Source: a virus (lineage: Duplodnaviria > Caudoviricetes). From it: a DNA stretch of 30,765 nucleotides. Made by a program: the position numbers and the translations under genes. Position 1 is the first letter of the stretch. Each line of letters begins with the position of its first letter. The notes under the pieces were generated by a model. The model was not told where the DNA came from. It did not search any database and was given only the letters and a program-made list of their open reading frames with translations. Location of the stretch: positions 1-30,765 of IMG/VR virus record IMGVR_UViG_3300032312_000213. The stretch is one strand, 5' to 3'. This document shows, piece by piece, positions 1 through 7,235 of this stretch.

Positions 1-915
1 CAATCGTATACTGTAGACTATACAAATACTCAATCACTGATTCCAGTGAAAGATCCTAACTTTGTACCATTCGGTAATTACACCGACTTGGAGAATATTA
101 TCAAGTCAGGCATCTTTTACCCATCCTACATTTCTGGTCCAACTGGGAATGGCAAGTCAACGATGGTGGAACAAATTTGTGCCAAACATAAGAAGCCACT
201 CATTCGTGTAAACTTAAACATGATGACTGACGAAGAACAACTCATCGGCTCCAAGACTCTTCAAGAGGGTAATGTGGAAGTAGTCGAGGGTCCAGTTCTT
301 ATCGCCATGCGCACTGGTACAACTATGTTGCTTGACGAGATTGATGCAGGTTCAGCAAATACATTGCTTTGCTTGCAACCGATTCTTGAGGGTAAGCCAT
401 ATTACTTCAAACTCAAGAATGAAATGATTATCCCAGCCAAAGGGTTCAATGTGATTGCCACTGCGAACACTAAGGGTAAGGGTAGTGATGATGGACGCTA
501 CATCGGTACGAATGTGCTGAATGAAGCATTCTTAGAGCGATTCGCTGTAACCTTTGAGCAGGAATATCCGAATGCCAAAGTTGAAGTGAAGATTGTCAGA
601 AATCTGATGGAGTCGTATGGCTGTCTTGATGATGTGTTTGCAGAAACTCTCGTCAAGTGGGCTGATGCAATCCGTCGCACTTTTGACGATGGTGGTGTGG
701 ATGAAACTATTACGACTCGTCGTATGATCCATATTGTTCGTGCGTTTGCAATCTTCAAGAATCAGACTAAAGCAGTAGAACTTTGCTGCAATCGTTTTGA
801 TTCTGCAACCAAAGATGCATTCTTGAAGTTGTATGATAATATTGCAAACCCTCAACCTGAGCCAGAGGTAGTTGCAGAAGCACCGAAGGCAGAGAGCGAA
901 GAAATTCCATTCTAA
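1..915 (+). CDS. cobS: CobS/MoxR-like AAA+ ATPase (5'-truncated; frame is open from base 1)
   Basis: Walker A GPTGNGKS, Walker B LLDEID, ATANTKGKGSDDGRYIGTNVLNEAFLERF block typical of T4-like phage CobS homologues; no stop in frame 1 upstream of 46. Confidence 0.85.
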   Translation, partial: QSYTVDYTNTQSLIPVKDPNFVPFGNYTDLENIIKSGIFYPSYISGPTGNGKSTMVEQICAKHKKPLIRVNLNMMTDEEQLIGSKTLQEGNVEVVEGPVLIAMRTGTTMLLDEIDAGSANTLLCLQPILEGKPYYFKLKNEMIIPAKGFNVIATANTKGKGSDDGRYIGTNVLNEAFLERFAVTFEQEYPNAKVEVKIVRNLMESYGCLDDVFAETLVKWADAIRRTFDDGGVDETITTRRMIHIVRAFAIFKNQTKAVELCCNRFDSATKDAFLKLYDNIANPQPEPEVVAEAPKAESEEIPF

Positions 916-927
916 GGATGGAGAAAG

Positions 928-952
928 AATCCCTTGCAAGTTGCAGGGGATT
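928..952. repeat. Palindromic element AATCCC-N13-GGGATT upstream of an early promoter
   Basis: aatcccttgcaagttgcaggggatt; related copies at 7034-7163 (x4) and 25634-25659. Confidence 0.7.
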
Positions 953-963
953 GCAAAAAGAAC

Positions 964-992
964 TTGTCTTTAATTTGAAATTGGGGTATAAT
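964..992 (+). promoter_or_regulatory. sigma70-type early promoter
   Basis: TTGTCT-17 nt-TATAAT, followed by SD AAGGA before ATG 1034. Confidence 0.8.
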
Positions 993-1033
993 AATCCCTG
1001 TAGTGTTGAAAATCTTTTAAAAGGAAATATATT

Positions 1034-1513
1034 ATGTTGAAATTTGCAAACTTGTCATTGTCACAAAAACGATTCGTTGTATCAGTGATTGAATCTAATC
1101 CTCAGTACAAGAAAAATCCTCAGATTACTCTGAAGGAATGTGCCTCAATCTATTACACTTTGCGTGACCAACGCACTGGTGTTAAGAATGAGAAGATCGG
1201 TTATCCTAACTGGTTGTTTAACAAGAACAAGGTCGAGCGTGGTGTTTACCAACTCCCTATTCCTACCGATGCAGAACTTTCTGCATACACTAAAGAGTTG
1301 TCAGACAAACTGACTGCTCCAGTGGCAAAGGCTAAAGCCAAAGTTGCGAAACTTGCTAAGGCTAAAGTTGTGAAAGTTAAACCTGCTAAAGCAGACAAGC
1401 AAGATGCCATGGAAGCATCTCGTTTGCAGAAGATTATCGATGAATCCGTTGATGCTGATGCCGATGTTGAAGACTTCAATCAGATCCTCCGTGAAAACGG
1501 CATCGAAGTTTAA
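1034..1513 (+). CDS. Hypothetical early protein with Lys/Ala-rich segment
   Basis: 159 aa ORF with promoter and SD; AKAKAKVAKLAKAKVVKVK stretch and acidic C-terminus. Confidence 0.75.
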   Translation: MLKFANLSLSQKRFVVSVIESNPQYKKNPQITLKECASIYYTLRDQRTGVKNEKIGYPNWLFNKNKVERGVYQLPIPTDAELSAYTKELSDKLTAPVAKAKAKVAKLAKAKVVKVKPAKADKQDAMEASRLQKIIDESVDADADVEDFNQILRENGIEV

Positions 1514-1525
1514 TTAGTTTTACTC

Positions 1526-1565
1526 GTCGCTGGGGGATACGCCATCGTTCCTCAGCGACTTTTTT
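1526..1565 (+). terminator. Stem-loop plus U-tract (possible terminator; loop can pair downstream)
   Basis: gtcgctggggga-loop-ttcctcagcgac followed by tttttt. Confidence 0.65.
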
Positions 1566-1595
1566 CATTTGATGGTTGTTAATTATGGAGATATT

Positions 1596-1856
1596 ATGTC
1601 TAAACAAGAATTGTTACTAGCGCATTTGCAAAAGGGCAAAACATTTACTGCTAAGCAGATCAAGTCCTCTTTCGGTATTGCACATCCAGCTAGCACAATC
1701 CGCAATTTGCGTGAGCAAGGCTACTGTGTTTATTCAAACCCAGCAGTTGTGAATGGCACTGAAGTGGTTAAATACCGCATCGGTCGCCCAACTCGTGCAA
1801 TGGTTGCTATTGCTAATCGTGTTGCTGGTTCTACTGTATTTACTCGTACAGTTTAA
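1596..1856 (+). CDS. Small winged helix-turn-helix protein
   Basis: SD ggag at 1587 and ATG 1596; LLAHLQKGKTFTAKQIKSSFGIAHPASTIRNLREQGY is a wHTH pattern. Confidence 0.7.
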   Translation: MSKQELLLAHLQKGKTFTAKQIKSSFGIAHPASTIRNLREQGYCVYSNPAVVNGTEVVKYRIGRPTRAMVAIANRVAGSTVFTRTV

Positions 1857-1867
1857 TTAAGTGAGTT

Positions 1868-1899
1868 AATAATGGGTATTCTTCGGAGTACCTATTGTT
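1868..1899 (+). terminator. cUUCGg-tetraloop hairpin (terminator or RNA-stabilising element)
   Basis: aataatgggtattc-ttcg-gagtacctattgtt. Confidence 0.6.
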
Positions 1900-1917
1900 G
1901 ATTTCATTGGAGAGAAT

Positions 1918-2247
1918 ATGGCAACCAAAGAAGATGTTAAAAAGTCCCAGAATGCCACGACAGGTGGTAGAAAATTTGATGGTGGTAAACTACAATATGG
2001 TTTACTACCACCACTCGCTTTAAAAGCAACAGTAGAAATCCTAACATTTGGTGCAGAGAAATATGAACCAGATAATTGGAAGAATGTTCCTGACTCAAAA
2101 CGCAGATACTTTGACGCAATGCAAAGACATCTTTGGGCATGGAAAGAAGGAGAGCAAAATGATCCCGAAACTGGAAAGAATCACTTGGCACACGCAATGT
2201 GCTGCTTGATGTTCTTATATGAGCACGATGTTAAATACTCAAAATAA
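1918..2247 (+). CDS. dATP/dGTP diphosphohydrolase-like protein (DUF5664 family)
   Basis: GRKFDGGKLQYGLLP, GAEKYEPDNW, RHLWAW, DPETGKNHLAHAMCCLMFL motifs. Confidence 0.8.
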   Translation: MATKEDVKKSQNATTGGRKFDGGKLQYGLLPPLALKATVEILTFGAEKYEPDNWKNVPDSKRRYFDAMQRHLWAWKEGEQNDPETGKNHLAHAMCCLMFLYEHDVKYSK

Positions 2248-2249
2248 AT

Positions 2250-2278
2250 TTGTCAAAAAGTCTGTTTTGAAGTATAAT
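2250..2278 (+). promoter_or_regulatory. sigma70-type promoter for the gp45 operon
   Basis: TTGTCA-17 nt-TATAAT. Confidence 0.75.
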
Positions 2279-2318
2279 GTTTTATACATAGTAATGTACA
2301 ACTTGAAAAGGAAATTAA

Positions 2319-2976
2319 ATGAAATTATCTAAAGATACGGTATCCCTGTTTAAGAATTTTGCTGGAATCAATTCCAACTTGCTTCTTAAGAGTGGAAGCA
2401 AACTAGCAACAATCTCTGCTCAGAAGAATGTCATGGCAGACGCAACTGTGGGTGAAACATTCCCTGACTTTGCGATCTATGACTTGAATGAGTTCTTGGG
2501 TGCGATGTCCTTGTTTGAAGATCCAGAACTAGACTTCAGTGATAAGTATGTTTCAATCAGTCAAGGTTCGATGAAGATTAAATTCTTTGCAGCTGACGCA
2601 TCTGTTTTGGTAGCACCACAGAAGGCAATCACTTTCCCTGATGCTGAAATCAACTTCAGTCTCTCTGCAGCAAACCAACATGCTACTCAAGACTGCTTCT
2701 GTTCTCCGTGCAGCCGATGTATCAATCGTTGGTGATGGTTCAACTATTACTGCTGTTGTTGGTGACAAGAAGAATGCCACAGGTAACTCTTATAGTGAAC
2801 CAGTCGGCAAAACTGACAAATCTTTCAAAGTAAACTTAAAGGTAGAAAACCTAAAGATGCTTCCAGGAGATTATGCAGTATCAATCTCAAGCAAGAAAAT
2901 CTCTCGCTTTAAATCATCTTCCAGCGACTTAGTATATTATGTTGCAGTAGAAGCAGACTCGACTTTCGAGTTTTAA
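2319..2976 (+). CDS. gp45: Sliding clamp, interrupted by a frameshift near 2676
   Basis: N-half MKLSKDT..NFAGINSNL..FAIYDLNEFL (ORF 2319-2735) and C-half NLKMLPGDYAVSIS..YYVAVEADS (ORF 2641-2976) join to about 218 aa; lies upstream of gp44. Confidence 0.85.
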
Positions 2977-2981
2977 ATTGA

Positions 2982-3008
2982 GGGGAGTTCGCTCCCCATT
3001 CTTTATTA
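2982..3008 (+). terminator. Hairpin after gp45
   Basis: ggggag-ttcg-ctcccc followed by attctttatt. Confidence 0.6.
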
Positions 3009-3018
3009 TGGATTTATT

Positions 3019-3360
3019 ATGAACACTGAGATTAAGCATCGCAAGACCCCACATTCTATAACATCCAACCTATTCGGTGGCAAGTCAACTGATACAATTT
3101 GGGCATGGTCATTTGAGAATGGTAAGATAGACGATCGTCTAGTCAGAAAACACATTTCAAAAGCACAAGCATATGTCGCTTCAGATAATCAAGATCTACC
3201 TGATAATCAGTTTAAGGAAGTCGATATGCGTCCATATCATGTTGATGTTTGGAATGAGAAAGCAAAGAACTTTGCACGATATGGTAAGTTTATGGTAAAC
3301 TATGAACTTCGTGAATGGCTCGAGCGTGGTAGTCTTAGTAATTTTTTGGAGAATGATTGA
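3019..3360 (+). CDS. Hypothetical protein between gp45 and gp44
   Basis: 113 aa ORF; C-terminus SLSNFLEND resembles a clamp-binding peptide. Confidence 0.65.
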   Translation: MNTEIKHRKTPHSITSNLFGGKSTDTIWAWSFENGKIDDRLVRKHISKAQAYVASDNQDLPDNQFKEVDMRPYHVDVWNEKAKNFARYGKFMVNYELREWLERGSLSNFLEND

Positions 3361-4313
3361 TGATTGAAAGTCGTGATGAGCAGTTCCTGTGGGTTGAGAA
3401 GTATCGTCCACAGAAGATTGATGATTGTGTTCTTCCAGATGCACTGAAGAAGACATTCAAAGAATATATCGCACAAGGTGAACTACCATCTTTCCTATTC
3501 AGCGGTACAGCTGGTGTAGGTAAAACTACTGTAGCCAAAGCACTTTGTAACGAGATTGGTGCAGAGTATATCATGATTAACGGATCTGATGAAGGTCGTT
3601 CGATTGATATCCTCCGTACAACAATCAAGTCTTTTGCGTCAACAGTATCACTAACAGACTCAAAGAAAGTCGTTATCATTGACGAAGCAGACTATATGAA
3701 TGCTCAGTCAGTGCAACCTGCTTTGCGCTCTATGATTGAAGAGTTCTCTGCTAACTGCCGATTTATCTTTACATGTAACTTTAAGAATCGTATTATTGAA
3801 CCACTCCACAGTCGTTGTGCTGTGATTGAGTTTAAGATTGATTCATCCGACAAGCAATCTATTGCTGCAAACTTCTTTAAGCGTGCATCACAGATTCTTA
3901 AGAATGAAGAAATCGAGTTCGATCCTAAAGTTGTAGCCGAACTAATCACTAAACACTTTCCTGATTATCGTCGTATTCTAAACGAACTACAACGCTATTC
4001 TGTGGCAGGTAGAATCGACTCTGGTATCCTCGTCAATATGTCTGAGGAATCTTTCCGTAGTCTGATTAAAATGCTTAAAGAAAAAGACTTTACAGAAGTC
4101 CGCAAGTGGATCACTAAACAGTCCGATGCAGATACTACAACCTTGTTCCGAGAGTTGTATGACACAGCCACACAGCACATGGAAGCAAACAGTATTCCTC
4201 AATTGATTCTTATCTTAGCCGATTACCAATACAAAGCAGCATTTGTTGCCGATCATGAACTAAATATGATGGCAGCATTAACTGAAATAATGGCTCAATG
4301 TAAATTCAAGTGA
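3357..4313 (+). CDS. gp44: Clamp loader large subunit
   Basis: LWVEKYRPQ, Walker A GTAGVGKTT, IIDEAD, SRC motif. Confidence 0.95.
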   Translation: MMIESRDEQFLWVEKYRPQKIDDCVLPDALKKTFKEYIAQGELPSFLFSGTAGVGKTTVAKALCNEIGAEYIMINGSDEGRSIDILRTTIKSFASTVSLTDSKKVVIIDEADYMNAQSVQPALRSMIEEFSANCRFIFTCNFKNRIIEPLHSRCAVIEFKIDSSDKQSIAANFFKRASQILKNEEIEFDPKVVAELITKHFPDYRRILNELQRYSVAGRIDSGILVNMSEESFRSLIKMLKEKDFTEVRKWITKQSDADTTTLFRELYDTATQHMEANSIPQLILILADYQYKAAFVADHELNMMAALTEIMAQCKFK

Positions 4314-4320
4314 GGCTAAC

Positions 4321-4647
4321 ATGGAACTAGGATTAGTATTACTTTTTGCTATTGGTATTTTTATTCTTGGTGGTGTGTATGGTTGGGATCTTCGTGAGAA
4401 ATATGCTAATCGTATGCTACAAAAACTTGCTAAGCATATTGTTGAAGAACAAGTTTCTAGTGACGATCTAATTCAAATCACCGTAGAGAAACATAACAAT
4501 ACATTGTTCATCTATAAAAAAGAAGATGGACAGTTTATGGTACAAGGTACTTCATTCAAAGAACTAAATGATGCTTTAGAGAATCGCTTTCCAGGAAAGC
4601 GGTTTGCTTGCTCTGAAGAACATTTAAATATCATAAAGGCATTGTGA
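4321..4647 (+). CDS. Hypothetical protein with N-terminal transmembrane helix
   Basis: SD gagg; hydrophobic LGLVLLFAIGIFILGGVYGW. Confidence 0.7.
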   Translation: MELGLVLLFAIGIFILGGVYGWDLREKYANRMLQKLAKHIVEEQVSSDDLIQITVEKHNNTLFIYKKEDGQFMVQGTSFKELNDALENRFPGKRFACSEEHLNIIKAL

Positions 4648-4841
4648 TGCAGATAATGAAAATTCTTTCGAACTACCAAGAAGGTACTCGTAACGCAAAA
4701 GTTTATAAAACCCAAGATGGTAAATATGGTGTGCTCATTTATGACGCACAAGATGATTATAATGGTTTCGATACATTCCCATCTGAAGAAGATGCGGAGT
4801 GTTTCGCTGAAGATTGGGTTTTGAAAAATGTCTCCTTTTGA
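4644..4841 (+). CDS. Hypothetical protein
   Basis: 65 aa ORF overlapping both neighbours; ends AECFAEDWVL. Confidence 0.6.
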   Translation: MMQIMKILSNYQEGTRNAKVYKTQDGKYGVLIYDAQDDYNGFDTFPSEEDAECFAEDWVLKNVSF

Positions 4842-5208
4842 TTTTATTAATGCGATTAACTTAACAAAGAAAGACCTGTTTGCAGAAGATCCATTAGCAA
4901 AGAAAGATTATACACCTTTCATTGTTAATCGTGGTCTAAGTTATTTTCCCGATACAGTCCTCTATGCCAATGAGATGAATTTTCACTGTGGCATTCCCGA
5001 GGACTGGCAGTTTTACTTTTTCCTAAATAGTATTTCTAAGAAGAAAAGATTCAGTAAATGGCACAAAAAAGATGCCGAATCTGAATCATTTCGTTTGGTT
5101 AAAGAATACTTTGGATACTCTGACGAGAAAGTGAAAGAAGCCCTAAGTATTCTTACTGATAATCAGCTAGTTATGATTAAAGAAAAATTATACAAAGGTG
5201 GAAAATAA
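4828..5208 (+). CDS. gp62: Clamp loader small subunit
   Basis: PFDFINAIN, YTPFIVNRGLS, ANEMN, KKRFSKW, VKEYFGYS; synteny 44-62-regA. Confidence 0.92.
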   Translation: MSPFDFINAINLTKKDLFAEDPLAKKDYTPFIVNRGLSYFPDTVLYANEMNFHCGIPEDWQFYFFLNSISKKKRFSKWHKKDAESESFRLVKEYFGYSDEKVKEALSILTDNQLVMIKEKLYKGGK

Positions 5209-5627
5209 TGAATATAGAGATGGTTTATTACGACTGGAAGCCTGAGTCGATGCTTGAAGTGACACTGCCAGAGCCAGATAACTTCCTTAAAGTTAGAGAA
5301 ACACTGACTCGTATCGGTATCGCATCCAGAAAAGAAAACAAATTATATCAATCTTGCCATATCTTACATAAGCAAGGTAGGTACTTTATCGTTCACTTCA
5401 AAGAACTGTTTGCTTTGGATGGAAAAGAATCAAATATCACTTCAGGTGATATCGAGCGTAGAAATGCTATTGCTGGTTTACTTCAAGATTGGGAACTATT
5501 AAAGATTCTCAATGCTACCCAAGCAGACCACAAAGCATCTCTATCACAAATTAAGGTTGTTTCTTATAAAGAGAAAGACCAGTGGGAACTTGTACCGAAA
5601 TATAACATCGGTAAAAAGACTAAATAG
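5208..5627 (+). CDS. regA: Translational repressor RegA
   Basis: FLKVRETLTRIGIAS, LYQSCHILHKQGRYFIVHFKELFALDG, WELVPKYNIG. Confidence 0.95.
   Translation: MNIEMVYYDWKPESMLEVTLPEPDNFLKVRETLTRIGIASRKENKLYQSCHILHKQGRYFIVHFKELFALDGKESNITSGDIERRNAIAGLLQDWELLKILNATQADHKASLSQIKVVSYKEKDQWELVPKYNIGKKTK
5620..5626 (+). promoter_or_regulatory. T4-type late-promoter-like element CTAAATA
   Basis: Resembles the gp55-recognised TATAAATA; the same heptamer precedes genes at 6514, 23294 and 28062. Confidence 0.5.
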
Positions 5628-5631
5628 TTTT

Positions 5632-5800
5632 ATCCCTCGGGATGGGAACTGGCTTGATGGAAGTGCCAGCCCAAGAAACACCATCAAGAATTGACTTCAC
5701 CTTAGGACCACTATGGTAACGAAGTGTTCTAAAGCGGACATGACATACGATGTCGCTGGAGTTCGTAACCAGCATTAACGATATGCCTTCGGGGTATCAA
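5632..5800 (+). ncRNA. Candidate structured RNA leader upstream of hsp20
   Basis: Pairings ctggc/gccag with ttgatgg/ccatcaa, acttc/gaagt with ttagga/ttctaa, gacat/atgtc, gctgg/ccagc, and a final cUUCGg hairpin. Confidence 0.6.
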
Positions 5801-5831
5801 ATTTTATAACTCGCTTAATAGGAGAAACAAT

Positions 5832-6338
5832 ATGGTTTCAAAATTCATTCCAACAATTTTTGGTGAACACTTCAAAGACTTTGATAAAGTGTTCGTAGGT
5901 TTCGAAGACCAGTTCTCGAAGATGCAAAGTCTTCACGATGAACTAACCAAAAATATCCCTAACTATCCTCCATTTAATGTTCGCAAGAACGGTAATACAT
6001 ACACGATTGAAATCGCTGTAGCAGGTTTTGCACAAAACGAAATCGACATTACTATTGATGGTGGCAAGTTAATCGTTAAGGGTAACTCTGAATCTGTAGA
6101 GCCAGCTGATACTGACTACATTTTCAAAGGTATTGCTAATCGTGCGTTTACTCGTGCGTGGGCAATCGGTGACCAATACGAAGTGAAAGACGCTGAACTG
6201 TTTAATGGTGTTTTAAAGATCGCTCTTGATCAATTAATCCCAGAACAAAATAAAGCAAAGAAAGTTCCAGTGAAAACTAGAGGACAGAAAGAATTCTTAC
6301 AAGAGGACGCATATGATAAAGCTGCTGAACAACTGTAA
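5832..6338 (+). CDS. hsp20: Small heat shock protein (Hsp20/IbpA family)
   Basis: NYPPFNV, IEIAVAGF, KGIANRAFTR, AELFNGVLKIAL; usual position after regA. Confidence 0.92.
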   Translation: MVSKFIPTIFGEHFKDFDKVFVGFEDQFSKMQSLHDELTKNIPNYPPFNVRKNGNTYTIEIAVAGFAQNEIDITIDGGKLIVKGNSESVEPADTDYIFKGIANRAFTRAWAIGDQYEVKDAELFNGVLKIALDQLIPEQNKAKKVPVKTRGQKEFLQEDAYDKAAEQL

Positions 6339-6408
6339 GAATATCATCCTTGGGATTGCTGAGGGTATCCAAATGTTTAAAGCCTACAAAGCAGGCAAAG
6401 TAAAATGA
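6313..6408 (+). CDS. Small 31-aa ORF not in the ORF track
   Basis: SD gagg at 6303; MIKLLNNCKNIILGIAEGIQMFKAYKAGKVK; ATGA overlap with the next small ORF at 6405. Confidence 0.5.
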   Translation: MIKLLNNCKNIILGIAEGIQMFKAYKAGKVK

Positions 6409-6487
6409 ACAATTGGATCCCAATGACAGATGAAGATTGGGATTGGGAACGGTAAAGCACCGCAACCAAAACCAAACAAGTAATCGT

Positions 6488-6525
6488 ACAAGTAGGGAGA
6501 GTTTCGGCTCTCCCTAAATACTTGT
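6488..6525 (+). terminator. Strong hairpin containing a late-promoter-like CTAAATA
   Basis: acaagt-agggagag-tttcgg-ctctccct-aaat-acttgt. Confidence 0.6.
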
Positions 6526-6729
6526 ATGAAAGCAAAAGTTACCAAAGACATGATTTCCTTTGTCCCAGTGACAAGGGGAGAATGGACATTTAAAATATCT
6601 GTTTGGAGAACCAAACAGGTGTTGGTTATTGCTCAGCATAACTACGACTTGTATAAAGTTTACGCAGAAGTATTCGTAACACAAGACGCAGCAGCTGATT
6701 TTATTGAACGACTAGCAAGTGAGGAATAG
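6526..6729 (+). CDS. Hypothetical protein
   Basis: 67 aa ORF starting 6 nt after CTAAATA. Confidence 0.6.
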   Translation: MKAKVTKDMISFVPVTRGEWTFKISVWRTKQVLVIAQHNYDLYKVYAEVFVTQDAAADFIERLASEE

Positions 6730-6730
6730 T

Positions 6731-7036
6731 ATGAGAGCAGGAAGCATTGCAATTTTTAAATTGGTCAGTGGTGAGGAAATGATTGGTGAAGTATTTGACC
6801 TAAATGATAAAATGATTGTGGTTAAAAATTCTGCAGTTGTTATGCTACAAAGAACAGAACAAGGTATGGGTGTGGCATTGATGCCTTACATGCCTTATTG
6901 CGAAGGAAACATCTCTTTCTATAGAGAAGCACTCGTAGCCGAAGGTGAACCAAGCCCGAATATGGTTAACGAATATAACCGACTTTATGGATCTGGAATT
7001 CAGATCGCTCCAGCATCGGCTCTAGCAGGGTTATAA
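6731..7036 (+). CDS. Sm-like fold protein conserved in T4-like phages
   Basis: SD gagga; IFKLVSGEEMIGEV, MPYMPY, EYNRLYGSGIQI pattern. Confidence 0.65.
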   Translation: MRAGSIAIFKLVSGEEMIGEVFDLNDKMIVVKNSAVVMLQRTEQGMGVALMPYMPYCEGNISFYREALVAEGEPSPNMVNEYNRLYGSGIQIAPASALAGL

Positions 7037-7163
7037 CCCCTCTAGGATACAGGGCTACAAGCCCGAAACCCTCCCTCCAAACCCTCTCTAGTAGAGGGTT
7101 TTCAGCATTCTAAACCCTTGTATCTACAGGGGTTTCTAATCCCCTCAACCCTACAGGGTTATT
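7034..7163. repeat. Cluster of four imperfect palindromes (CCC..T-spacer-AGGG)
   Basis: taacccctctaggatacagggcta; aaaccctctctagtagagggttt; aaacccttgtatctacaggggttt; aatcccctcaaccctacagggttatt. Confidence 0.75.
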
Positions 7164-7174
7164 CCAGAAAGGTG

Positions 7175-7203
7175 TTGTCTTTAATTGCAACTTGGCGTAT
7201 AAT
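7175..7203 (+). promoter_or_regulatory. sigma70-type early promoter
   Basis: TTGTCT-17 nt-TATAAT, closely similar to the promoter at 964. Confidence 0.8.
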
Positions 7204-7235
7204 ATAGTCTTAGAAAGTTGAAAAGGAAATAGATT

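Noticed and set aside
1-915. Cobalamin biosynthesis auxiliary metabolic gene
   Set aside because: Phage CobS homologues are MoxR-type ATPases and no other cob genes are in the window
5512-5694. Programmed frameshift or readthrough extension of RegA stimulated by the downstream pseudoknot
   Set aside because: The overlapping ORF is in the +1 frame, not -1. TAG readthrough adds only about 10 residues, and RegA already ends at its normal C-terminus
5632-5800. tRNA or a named riboswitch
   Set aside because: No cloverleaf with proper D and T arms, and no ligand-binding consensus I can recognise with confidence
7034-7163. CRISPR array
   Set aside because: Units are degenerate, gaps are irregular and far too short for spacers, and no cas genes are present
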